Positions 7,174-16,400 of a stretch of 34,790 bases of DNA are shown here, piece by piece. This stretch comes from Candidatus Thalassarchaeaceae archaeon (GTDB lineage Archaea > Thermoplasmatota > Poseidoniia > Poseidoniales > Thalassarchaeaceae). Where the stretch lies: contig JASLKH010000080.1 in NCBI GenBank assembly GCA_030747675.1, positions 1 to 34,790 on the forward strand, read 5' to 3'. Positions within the stretch are counted from its first letter, which is position 1. Each line of letters opens with the position of its first letter. The notes beneath the pieces are model-generated. The model was given only the letters and a program-made list of their open reading frames with translations, did no database searches and was not told the DNA's origin. The position numbers were made by a program, and so were the translations under genes.

Positions 7174-10100
7174 ATGCCACATGAGGTTGTAAGTCGGCCC
7201 ACATCCCCTTTAGACACCGAACGTCTACAACGTGAAATTGATGCATATCATGATTGGATGGAATCACATTGCGAGGACGTTTACGAATTGGCAGGTATTG
7301 CTAGAGCCAAAGGATTCGATTTACGGAATGTCGTTGAAATACCACGAGCTGCAGACCTCGCAGGTCGAACTGAAAAATTGCTTGAAGAATATCTTGATGG
7401 CATTCTTGTTGCTAATGACATTCGAGAATTATTAGCTGTTAAAGATAGAGAGACGGCATCTATCGATATGGCTGTTAAAGTTGCAGTAGCCATGCATGAC
7501 AGAACATCTGATATTCAGCGAAGTATTGACACTGGCCTCCGGGTCGGATTAGCAGTATTGACCGAAGCGGTATTAGTTGCACCTTTGGAAGGTATTGGAA
7601 GAGTACAAGTTCTCAATAATCTCGATGGTTCAAGATTCGTATCAGTTGATTTTTGCGGACCAATTCGTGCCGCAGGTGGTACCGCGCAAGCATTGGCGGT
7701 TCTGATTGCTGATATGATCCGTCGCGAATTAGGTTTAGCAAAGTATAGCCCAACCGATGCTGAAGTTGAACGGGTGAAGGAGGAATTTGGTTTGTATCGA
7801 GGTGGATTACAGTACAAACCTCCTCCAGAAGAAATCGATAAGATTGTGCGGGCCTGTCCTATAATGGTAAATGGCGAGGAAACAGAAAAAATAGAGTGTG
7901 CCGGATACCGCGAAGTCCGTAATATAGAAGGTAGCCGTATCCGGGGAGGAGTTCTCTTAGTTATTGGAGAAGGACTTTGTCTTAAAGCACCTAAGATTCA
8001 GAAACATACTGAACGTCTTGAGATTCCAGGATGGGAATTCATCAGCCATTTTGCTGCTAAAGGGAAATCTGATCCCAATTCCTCAGGAGAGAAACAAAAA
8101 TTCCGTGAAATTAAGACCATTGATCGTTTTATGGATGACATCATTGCAGGTCGACCTGTATTTGGAGAACCAAATGAACCCGGCGGATTCCGATTAAGAT
8201 ACGGTCGCCCCAGAACATCTGGCCTTGCAGCGGCAGGAATTCACCCCACGTCAATGCATGCAATGGGCGAGTTTTTAGCAATAGGTACTCAGATGAAAAT
8301 TGAACGACCTGGAAAGGCATGCGCAGTCACTCCATGTGAAGAACTGGACGGTCCGACAGTTCTTCTCCAAAATGGAAGGTATGGGAGAATTCAATCAAGT
8401 GATGTTTGGAAAGAGGTTCAGTCAGACGTATTATCCATTTGGGATAATGGGGAAATTATGATTGGTTATGGTGAATTTGTAGAGAATAATAAAAATTTGG
8501 TACCTTCAGGGTATGTACCTGAATGGTTTGCAAGTGATCTCTTAGAAGTACTTGACTCAGAGGAGAAAGTTAAGCAATTTGCAGTAATCCTTGGCGCATC
8601 TCGACGTCGCCTTCCTCCGGGGATTCCATCAACAGGATATTTGGAGGACGATAGAGATGAAATTAGAGCCCACAAAAGACAACGAATGTGGCATCAACGC
8701 CTTCGGAAGATGGTTGTAGAGTGGTCAGTTGCTGTTGAAATTTCCCGAAATTTCCTCACAGCGATACCATCTCCTTGGAATTTATGGTGGCATGATTTAC
8801 CAATTGAATTTGTACCAGAATTAGTTGACACACTTTTGCAAGGAACACTCGAAGAATCCAGTGATTTAGACGATGGAGTTGCTATGTATCCACATTCAAA
8901 TGAAATTTGGTATAGGTTGCACGGTGCTGTAACTGATTGGCCGCGAAATGATTCTGAAGAATGTACTGCGAAATATCCAGAACCAATTACAGGAGAATGG
9001 CCTGCTAGAACTCAACACCACGAACACGGCTTAGTAAAATCAAGTTTAATGCTCCTCGGGATCCCGCATATTCACGAGGGCAACGACCTTTTGATTACTC
9101 AGTGTTGGCAACCATTACTGGAAGGTATGGGACTTGAGTTTGAGGATGTACCTGCCATTGGTTTATCTCCCAGAGTACGAGTTGATGTTAAAGTACATGT
9201 TGTGGAAAGGATGGCGAATTTAGCATCATCTAAAAAAATTGCAGATGAGGAAAAAAATCGGGTTGAAACATTGAATGCCAAGCGATCCCTAGTAAAAATA
9301 GAAGCAGAAACTGCTGCAAGGCAACAAGGGAAATCAATTGCAGAAACTGAGAATGAAGGTCGTATGGCTACAGAGAAGATTGTAGACATGGGTCCTAAAG
9401 ACTCCTCATCGGTGCGCCTTGCAAGGCAGTTATTGGATGAACATTCAGTTGATGGGTGCTTGTGGTTGATCAGAAAGTGTAGTGATTTGCGGTGGGTTGC
9501 TGCAGCACCATGTCGCGTAGGTTGTCGAATGGGTCGACCAGAAAAAGCAGCACCCAGAGAGATGAAGGGAAAACCACATTGTATTTTCCCTATAGGGAAT
9601 GAAGGGGGCCCCCAGCGTCTGATTACACAGGCTGCAAATGGAGGATCAATTCGAGCACAATTGGGTCAACGTGAATGCATTAAGTGCGGACGCCAAACAC
9701 CGTTTACATTGTGTCATCACAGAACTACACCAGAAGATCCAATAGAGTGTGGTGGGAATACCAAAATCATCAATGAAAAAACCTCGATAAATCAACGGCG
9801 CAAGGGAATATACCAATCCATTGATATTGCTAAATTATTAGAATCAAAGAGACACAGTTTAGGTTTAGATCGAATACCTCAGAAATTTAAGGGCATTAAG
9901 GGTTTGACATCTCTGGAACAATGTCCAGAACCTCTTGAGAAAGGAATTCTCCGTGCTAAGTATCAACTTCCAACTTTCAAAGCAGGAACAATCCGCTTTG
10001 ATATGATCGACATTCCAATTACACATTTCAAACCTAGCGATATTGGAACTGAAATATCTCAATTGATAGAATTAGGGTATACACATGATGTTGATGGTGA

Positions 10101-11211
10101 ACCACTCACTAGAGAAAGCCAAGTTCTGGAATTATATCCACAAGATTTCATTCCCAGTAGAAATGCTGAAGATTATTTGATTCGTACTTGTAAATATGTT
10201 GACGAATTATTGACCCGCTTTTATGGTATGGAACCGTTTTACAATGTAAAATCATCAAGTGATTTGATAGGACATCTTTGCATTGCTTTAGCACCACACA
10301 CATCAGGGGGAGTGCTAACACGAATCATTGGCTGGTCTGGTGTAAGTGCAGGATATGGACATACATTGTTTCATGCAGCCAAACGAAGAAATTGTGATGG
10401 TGATGAGGATGCCCTAATCTTACTTCTAGATGGCTTACTCAATTTTTCCCAGGTTCTTTTGCCCAGTAATCGTGGGGGGAGAATGGATGTACCTCTAGTT
10501 TTGACTACACGTTTGAAACCAACAGAATTAGATAAAGAAGCCTTGAATGTCGATACTGCTTGGTGGTACCCTCGTGGATTTTTTGAGGCAACACAAGATC
10601 AACCACATCCAAAAGATATATTCAATCAAATGGATGTCGTTGAACGTAGATTAGAAACCATTGGAGCTATGCGGGGTTATGGATATACACATGAATCAGG
10701 TAAGATTGATGCAGGACCTGTTAATTCTTCATATAAAATTCTTGAAACTATGAAGGACAAGATGAATGGGCAATTACTTCTTGGTGGGTTATTGCGTTCA
10801 GTAGATGTACGAAAAGTAGCTAGCCAAGTAGTCGAATCCCACTTTTTACCGGACCTTCGTGGTAACCTTATGGCTTTCACCCGCCAGAAATTCCGTTGTG
10901 TTAGATGTGGGGAATCTTATCGAAGAATGCCACTTGCTGCAAAGTGTATCAAGAATCCAAACTCGGGCCGAGGAAGTGCAATGCGTAGTGGAATGACATT
11001 TGGTGGAGAGTCCTACCAATGTGGTGGAAACCTAGCATTAACAGTAAGTGAAGGTGCAGTCAGGAAATATATCGAAGTAATGAAACACGTTATTGAAGAA
11101 TATGGCGTCGATCTTTACACTAGACAACGTGTTGATTGGCTTGCTAATAGCGTGGACTCATTGTTCAAGAATGATAGAGTGAAAGTTTTCACTCTTGATG
11201 ACTTTATTTGA
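7174..11211 (+). CDS. polC: DNA polymerase D large subunit (DP2)
   Basis: GPIRAAGGTAQAL, GGFRLRYGR, QMKIERPGK, RMGRPEK, catalytic HAAKRRNCDGDED and C-terminal FRCVRC zinc module. ATG 7174 preferred over 7105. Confidence 0.97.
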   Translation: MPHEVVSRPTSPLDTERLQREIDAYHDWMESHCEDVYELAGIARAKGFDLRNVVEIPRAADLAGRTEKLLEEYLDGILVANDIRELLAVKDRETASIDMAVKVAVAMHDRTSDIQRSIDTGLRVGLAVLTEAVLVAPLEGIGRVQVLNNLDGSRFVSVDFCGPIRAAGGTAQALAVLIADMIRRELGLAKYSPTDAEVERVKEEFGLYRGGLQYKPPPEEIDKIVRACPIMVNGEETEKIECAGYREVRNIEGSRIRGGVLLVIGEGLCLKAPKIQKHTERLEIPGWEFISHFAAKGKSDPNSSGEKQKFREIKTIDRFMDDIIAGRPVFGEPNEPGGFRLRYGRPRTSGLAAAGIHPTSMHAMGEFLAIGTQMKIERPGKACAVTPCEELDGPTVLLQNGRYGRIQSSDVWKEVQSDVLSIWDNGEIMIGYGEFVENNKNLVPSGYVPEWFASDLLEVLDSEEKVKQFAVILGASRRRLPPGIPSTGYLEDDRDEIRAHKRQRMWHQRLRKMVVEWSVAVEISRNFLTAIPSPWNLWWHDLPIEFVPELVDTLLQGTLEESSDLDDGVAMYPHSNEIWYRLHGAVTDWPRNDSEECTAKYPEPITGEWPARTQHHEHGLVKSSLMLLGIPHIHEGNDLLITQCWQPLLEGMGLEFEDVPAIGLSPRVRVDVKVHVVERMANLASSKKIADEEKNRVETLNAKRSLVKIEAETAARQQGKSIAETENEGRMATEKIVDMGPKDSSSVRLARQLLDEHSVDGCLWLIRKCSDLRWVAAAPCRVGCRMGRPEKAAPREMKGKPHCIFPIGNEGGPQRLITQAANGGSIRAQLGQRECIKCGRQTPFTLCHHRTTPEDPIECGGNTKIINEKTSINQRRKGIYQSIDIAKLLESKRHSLGLDRIPQKFKGIKGLTSLEQCPEPLEKGILRAKYQLPTFKAGTIRFDMIDIPITHFKPSDIGTEISQLIELGYTHDVDGEPLTRESQVLELYPQDFIPSRNAEDYLIRTCKYVDELLTRFYGMEPFYNVKSSSDLIGHLCIALAPHTSGGVLTRIIGWSGVSAGYGHTLFHAAKRRNCDGDEDALILLLDGLLNFSQVLLPSNRGGRMDVPLVLTTRLKPTELDKEALNVDTAWWYPRGFFEATQDQPHPKDIFNQMDVVERRLETIGAMRGYGYTHESGKIDAGPVNSSYKILETMKDKMNGQLLLGGLLRSVDVRKVASQVVESHFLPDLRGNLMAFTRQKFRCVRCGESYRRMPLAAKCIKNPNSGRGSAMRSGMTFGGESYQCGGNLALTVSEGAVRKYIEVMKHVIEEYGVDLYTRQRVDWLANSVDSLFKNDRVKVFTLDDFI

Positions 11212-11213
11212 GA

Positions 11214-12194
11214 TTACTTCTTTTTCTTGTTGTCCTCTTCACTAAGTTGTTTCCAAATGTCACCAACAGTTTGGATACTTTCATCTTTTTGAAGCGCACC
11301 TTCAAGCCCTTCTGTTGTTCCTTCACCTAGTTCTTTGTCCAATATTGCTTGAGCATCATCGGTAAATTCATCAGTGTCATTATCCGCAGATTCAGTCTGT
11401 GCTGCAAATTGTTCCCGCATCCTTTTTCGTTGTAATTCCATACTTTCATTTGCCGCATCATCTTGTTGATGAACTTGCAAATCATCAATCACCACTGCCT
11501 CGCCCCCGCTCATTGACTGCATAACTTGCTCCCATTCTTCACGTTGCCTTTGTTTGTGCAATGGTAGATTCTTTGAGCGCGCAACCTTACGTTTTTTTAT
11601 CCAATTTCGAATAGCACCTTCACTAATCATCAAAATAAAACCTAATCCATTCAAGATAATATATCCTTCAATTTCAAGTGGTTTCCAGATATACATGTTT
11701 AGGGTTAATTCCCCTGTAATTGGTTTATCAGATAGGATTTCTTCGTTGGAATTTTTATTAGGATAAATTTTGGTTTGAAAATTATAATTCCCAGGTTGTA
11801 AAGAAAGTTCAATGTTGGAACATGTATCGGTAGTGTTTCCTTCCCACAACAAGGTATCTTCAGAATTCCCATGATTCAAAGATATCTCAATCCATGCATT
11901 TATCGAAGACTCATTTTTTGGTTTAAAATCACAAATGACGACTATTGGCACATCGTGTTCTAACTCAAGTAAACTTGGTACTTTTAGTGGATGTGATGAC
12001 TTGATACTGGTATGATGATCCATCACCTCATTAGATGAGGGCACCTCAATTGCAAACATCCAGACAATATTTAGCATAATGCAAGTCACGATGGTGGTGA
12101 TTATTCGCACTTTTGGATGATTCCTTCGTGATTTAGGTTTTGCCGCATCTTCCCCCTCAGATTCTTGCTTAGCATCTTCTTTGATTAGACTCAC
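11214..12194 (-). CDS. Hypothetical membrane protein (two hydrophobic segments, acidic C-terminal tail)
   Basis: Long ORF with TM-like segments IITTIVTCIMLNIVWMFAI and YIILNGLGFILMI. Likely GTG start at 12194 after a GGTGA RBS, with a GTGA overlap onto the upstream stop. Confidence 0.7.
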   Translation of the reverse strand: MSLIKEDAKQESEGEDAAKPKSRRNHPKVRIITTIVTCIMLNIVWMFAIEVPSSNEVMDHHTSIKSSHPLKVPSLLELEHDVPIVVICDFKPKNESSINAWIEISLNHGNSEDTLLWEGNTTDTCSNIELSLQPGNYNFQTKIYPNKNSNEEILSDKPITGELTLNMYIWKPLEIEGYIILNGLGFILMISEGAIRNWIKKRKVARSKNLPLHKQRQREEWEQVMQSMSGGEAVVIDDLQVHQQDDAANESMELQRKRMREQFAAQTESADNDTDEFTDDAQAILDKELGEGTTEGLEGALQKDESIQTVGDIWKQLSEEDNKKKK

Positions 12195-12973
12195 CAAATC
12201 ACCCCTAACATATCTAGAATAGTGGCCATCCATTGCAATTTTTCCATCTTAACCTCAGGTATCGTAGATCCGGTCCACTTTCCAACTTTATCGGTACGAA
12301 ACCCATAGAGAGCTAAATTTTCTTGATTTACTCCAAGGGACAAAGCAATGCAAACAGCACGGTCTCCATCAGTAAAACCCCCTGGATTGTACATCCCTTG
12401 AATAGGTGCGGGAGTTTGATGAGTTAGAATAATCGGTGAGGGGGCATCAGATATTTCTTCTAGAAGTGAGAACCATGCATCTTCGTTATCTCCATGAGCG
12501 TGTAGAATGAATGGAATATGCCTTCTTGCAGCCTCTTGAAGGTGATAGAAATCTCCATCGGCATCTGAAACAATAAAGCGAATTTTTCTCCATGCCTTTT
12601 CTTTGTGATAATCATTTAAATCTGAAATAACACCTATTGCGCCATCAGCAGCAATTATTACCGCATCATTTTCGATAGCAACTACAACATCCCCTGGTTC
12701 TACGGCTGCACCCAATATTGCAATTTCTCGTCCACATATCAAATCATCTTTGATCAAAGCATCCAACTTTTGTAATTCTACGAGTCGAGATTCGTCTTTC
12801 CACAAATCAATTTTCTTATTTGAACAATATTGTTGCAATGCGCGTGCGCTGTGTAAGTCATCATCTAAATCCCATTCAAAATTCTTACGAATCCGGTCTT
12901 GTATTTCGACACAATCATCCTGCCCGATAAGTGGGTTAGCATCGGGTCGTTTGGAACTGCGGCCGGACTTCAC
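12191..12973 (-). CDS. 6-hydroxymethyl-7,8-dihydropterin pyrophosphokinase-like protein (MptE/DUF115)
   Basis: IIAADGA, IVSDADGD, HAHGDN and NPGGFTDGDRAV motifs. Start uncertain; GTG 12973 chosen to avoid overlap with priL. Confidence 0.8.
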   Translation of the reverse strand: MKSGRSSKRPDANPLIGQDDCVEIQDRIRKNFEWDLDDDLHSARALQQYCSNKKIDLWKDESRLVELQKLDALIKDDLICGREIAILGAAVEPGDVVVAIENDAVIIAADGAIGVISDLNDYHKEKAWRKIRFIVSDADGDFYHLQEAARRHIPFILHAHGDNEDAWFSLLEEISDAPSPIILTHQTPAPIQGMYNPGGFTDGDRAVCIALSLGVNQENLALYGFRTDKVGKWTGSTIPEVKMEKLQWMATILDMLGVIW

Positions 12974-13029
12974 AGTGTCCGAGGAGCCACAGAGTCTTGA
13001 AGAACCCTCGTTCACAGGGTGTCTCTCCC

Positions 13030-14184
13030 ATGCCGATGCCGATTCGCCCCCCGACCCTCGAGGATGCGGTTGTAACAGCACGGTATCCGTTCATGCCACA
13101 GGCAAGATTGGCGATTAAAGCCCATATGTCGGCGAACAAACTTGACATCGATGCTTTAGTCGAAACTGATTGGCTAGAAGCAGTACGTGAACGAGCACGA
13201 GTTAGGTTGGTTGAATCTATTATGCACAAGGATATTGATGGAACGACATCAATTGACATCCATACCCCTTATGGGCAAATGGTTGAATGCCTTTCATTTT
13301 TGTATGCAATGGTAACTGTTTGCTCATCCTTCGACGAACGCTTATTGGGTCGATGGGCTGAGGGTGAATCTAGTAGGGCGGATTATCTATGGGGGACAGT
13401 CGAACGTCCAGAAGTATTCAAAGAATTAGCCTCCAGTTATATCTCAGAAATTAGATTGGGTGAGGATGGGAATTGGGAGATACCACTTATTGATTACATA
13501 GAATTGTGTCCAAAAATAAGTGGACCATATTGGCGTCTACCTAACCGCCCTGTACGAAATGGTTGGGTTTCTATGTCTCCATCAGGCAAGGAAAACAGTC
13601 AGCAGCGTTTAGCTAGGCTTCTGAAGGAAAGAGTCCGTTCGGTGTTAATTGAAGATTGTCGTGAAAGGATGGATCGGATGGATGAGAATTTCGCAGGGAA
13701 AATGGCAGAAGAAGTAGGAAGAATTGTTGGGCTTTTGCAGCATCAAGCTTCTCAGGAAATATCCTTTACAGCAGCAGATGAAGAAGACTGGCCACCTTGT
13801 ATGCGAGAAATTTCAATGCAATTAGCCCAATCCGTAAACGTCAATCATGTAGGGCGCGTGTTCTTAGCTAGCATTTCCCGGTTGATTGGTTTGTCACAAG
13901 AAGAAACCCAGGGATTTTTCAAGAACGCCCCGGATTACTCCGAAGAAACAACACGTTACCAAATATCCCATGTTTACGAGCACGAGTACACCCCCCATGG
14001 TTGCTCAAAGTTACAAATGAGCGCGTGCTGCCCAGTGACTCGTGGCGATGTACATTCTTCATTATGTAGCAAAGAGTGGTTAGATCATCCAATAAAATAT
14101 CTACGGGCACGTCAACGTGCTAAACATAGACAAGAAAGTGCAGAGAAAAAATCCCCAGAAGGAGAAAATCAGACGCCCCAGTAA
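13030..14184 (+). CDS. priL: DNA primase large subunit
   Basis: ARYPFM at the N-terminus, and a C-terminal Fe-S domain with WPPCM, HVGRVFLAS, APDYSEETTRYQISH and YTPHGCSKLQMSACC. Confidence 0.88.
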   Translation: MPMPIRPPTLEDAVVTARYPFMPQARLAIKAHMSANKLDIDALVETDWLEAVRERARVRLVESIMHKDIDGTTSIDIHTPYGQMVECLSFLYAMVTVCSSFDERLLGRWAEGESSRADYLWGTVERPEVFKELASSYISEIRLGEDGNWEIPLIDYIELCPKISGPYWRLPNRPVRNGWVSMSPSGKENSQQRLARLLKERVRSVLIEDCRERMDRMDENFAGKMAEEVGRIVGLLQHQASQEISFTAADEEDWPPCMREISMQLAQSVNVNHVGRVFLASISRLIGLSQEETQGFFKNAPDYSEETTRYQISHVYEHEYTPHGCSKLQMSACCPVTRGDVHSSLCSKEWLDHPIKYLRARQRAKHRQESAEKKSPEGENQTPQ

Positions 14185-15278
14185 CGGGCAGTTTCTTGAC
14201 GTGTAGACCAACTTCTAACTGCCGTACGGACAGCCCAGAAGATGAATATGGCAAGCATAGTTTCGCCCCAGTCTGCCATAACGGTTGACACATCATACTC
14301 GTATCCTTCACCACCTACAATTCGAATTGCAACATCAAGTGCAGCACTTGACATCGTCCATAGCACTCCACCAAATGCAATAATCAAGATAGTTCGACCA
14401 GTGAATTTACCTTTTCTAACACGTAAAACCATTAGCGAAAGAGCAAAAGAAAGAGCCCCCACCACAATCCAAGTTAATGATTCACGCATAACTTGCAGCC
14501 CCAGAAGAAATAAATCAGTATTTTCAATCCCTTCACTATATGTGTCATACCCAGAAACAATAGCGAGAAGTGTAGCGACACCGGTCACTGACCACAATAA
14601 TGAGGAAAGAATAGCAGCATCTGCAGATTCCCTCATTTCTCGCATTAGTCGTTCAAGTTGTTGTTCAGCACCAAGCCCTTTGAATAGAAGATAAATCCCA
14701 AGTAATAATGGCATTGAACCAATGAGAACCGCCCCATTAGGCAAAATCATCCCCAACCCCAGAATCATTAATATTACTGCGAGGGGGACAAGAAGCTTTG
14801 CTCGCCACCTCGGGTCTTCTATTGCTTTTACAATGTAGTAGTATGTTCCTTCGATACCTTTGGATTGGCGTACAATTATTTTTTCAACGTGATCAATAGA
14901 CAATCGACTTGAAAGAATTGGTAAAATAGATTCATCTTCCATTCCATCAGTAACCAATATTCCACGATCGGGCTGAAATTCAGATATTACATCTTCAAGT
15001 TGCTGAGCAATAATTCTATCAGATTTCACTCCGACCTTTTCATCACCAGTCAGAATAGCAATTTCTACTTCATCAGCAGGTTCAGCTTGTTCGATTAATA
15101 AGTCGTGATGATGAAGTGCTCCAAGTATGGCATTCGTATCACTTTCTTCAGGATCTGCAATACCCAATCGTAATGCTGCAGTCAAAACTTGCCGCCGCCC
15201 AATAACAGATCCTCGTATCCCAGCCTTGACCCCAAGATCGTTATCACGATCAACAGTCATGACTAATGTGCGGACCAT
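14169..15278 (-). CDS. DUF373 family membrane protein
   Basis: LVMTVDRDNDLG, DPEESDTNAI, VTDGMEDE and VRQSKGIEGTYY motifs followed by multiple TM helices. Start set at ATG 15278 after a GAGGGG RBS. Confidence 0.88.
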   Translation of the reverse strand: MVRTLVMTVDRDNDLGVKAGIRGSVIGRRQVLTAALRLGIADPEESDTNAILGALHHHDLLIEQAEPADEVEIAILTGDEKVGVKSDRIIAQQLEDVISEFQPDRGILVTDGMEDESILPILSSRLSIDHVEKIIVRQSKGIEGTYYYIVKAIEDPRWRAKLLVPLAVILMILGLGMILPNGAVLIGSMPLLLGIYLLFKGLGAEQQLERLMREMRESADAAILSSLLWSVTGVATLLAIVSGYDTYSEGIENTDLFLLGLQVMRESLTWIVVGALSFALSLMVLRVRKGKFTGRTILIIAFGGVLWTMSSAALDVAIRIVGGEGYEYDVSTVMADWGETMLAIFIFWAVRTAVRSWSTRQETARYWGV

Positions 15279-15356
15279 TTTGAATACCCCCTCGCGGCTC
15301 TCCTGTACCCATGAGAAGAGAGAGTATGATTTCAATCATTGGACTGGTAGTAGCCC

Positions 15357-15749
15357 TCATGATGTAAATGTGAAGTCAGACATACAACTTGGGCATGTGA
15401 CTTTTATTGGCCGGGTTGCAGGTATTCCAAGGGCTGAGCCACAACTTGGACACATCACCGCATTTGCAATTTGTGAACGTCTTGCAACGGCCTCTTTACT
15501 AGGATCATAACTTGGTCTGTAACGACTCGCATCTGCAATGTAATTTGCAGATCGAGATCCTTGCGGGGGCGCATTGGCAGGCGGAATTGTGGTATTGCTA
15601 GGCCCCCCTCCTCCTCCTTTCCATGCTTGGTATTGTGATTCAACTTCAGCAGCAGACATTTGTTTTCCTCGTCCGATTCTGTCGTAGGCTAACAAACGTT
15701 CGTATTCATCCATCGCATCAATTTCACGTAATTCAGGCTCAGACAACAT
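15357..15749 (-). CDS. Small hypothetical protein with C-terminal zinc ribbon
   Basis: CPSC-x14-CPSC preceded by a G/P/S-rich linker; 130 aa. Confidence 0.75.
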   Translation of the reverse strand: MLSEPELREIDAMDEYERLLAYDRIGRGKQMSAAEVESQYQAWKGGGGGPSNTTIPPANAPPQGSRSANYIADASRYRPSYDPSKEAVARRSQIANAVMCPSCGSALGIPATRPIKVTCPSCMSDFTFTS

Positions 15750-15923
15750 AGCACTCGCATATCTCTGTAAGTATTATTTTTTAGCAATTCCCGCTAGAAG
15801 TTTAAGGATATAACTTTCCCATTTCCGGTAGAAAGCAAGGCCATTGTATTAACTAGTTACCACAATCTGGTATTGAATGTATTGAAATAGGATGACTGCC
15901 GGGAAAAGGTCCGAGGGAATTTA

Positions 15924-16400
15924 ATGGGTATCCTACCTAAGAAGCGTATCGATTCAAAGTTGCGCCAGCAATCATCATCCAGAAGCCAAGCGGCTCGTAA
16001 TCTACGCTGCTCTGAAGTTATGGAAGAACCACGAATTATAAAGGCAACATCCTCAGTTTCTATGGTCATTCATCATGTAACGGAAAATGAATGGGATCAT
16101 GTTTTTCTCATCGATGAAAATAAACTTCCAGTTGGACGAATTCATGCTGTTGATTTGTTGAAGATGGTTGATTTGAAACGAGTGAATAGAGATATGGTTT
16201 GGGCTGAAGCGATTCCTGCAACTCAGTGTGTTAGTCAACCACCCTTGAGTGTTAAAGAAAATACACCTTTGCTAAAAGCAACAGTGCTCATGCTCACACA
16301 CGATTTGAATCAATTAGCAGTTGTTGATTTCGAAGGCGCAATAGTTGGTACAATTACACCTTCTATAGTTGCTCGCCACCTACCTAGGTACATATTATGA
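15924..16400 (+). CDS. CBS domain pair protein
   Basis: VFLIDENKLPVGRI and LAVVDFEGAIVGTIT CBS-type motifs. The true start may be downstream (e.g. ~16020). Confidence 0.8.
   Translation: MGILPKKRIDSKLRQQSSSRSQAARNLRCSEVMEEPRIIKATSSVSMVIHHVTENEWDHVFLIDENKLPVGRIHAVDLLKMVDLKRVNRDMVWAEAIPATQCVSQPPLSVKENTPLLKATVLMLTHDLNQLAVVDFEGAIVGTITPSIVARHLPRYIL

Noticed and set aside
7044-7217. Long N-terminal extensions of pyrE and polC given by the ORF track (also 12974-13081, 18054-18197, 34627-34662)
   Set aside because: They overlap neighbouring genes or intergenic signals and lack family similarity; downstream starts fit the families better. The fumC extension was kept because it has a recognisable fold pattern and promoter support.
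10372-10410. Intein in DP2 at the usual RRN/CDGDED site
   Set aside because: The motif HAAKRRNCDGDED is continuous, and there are no intein terminal (C...HN) or LAGLIDADG motifs.
7174-14184. polC and priL proximity as a replication operon
   Set aside because: They are separated by two opposite-strand genes, so there is no shared transcript. Loose clustering only.
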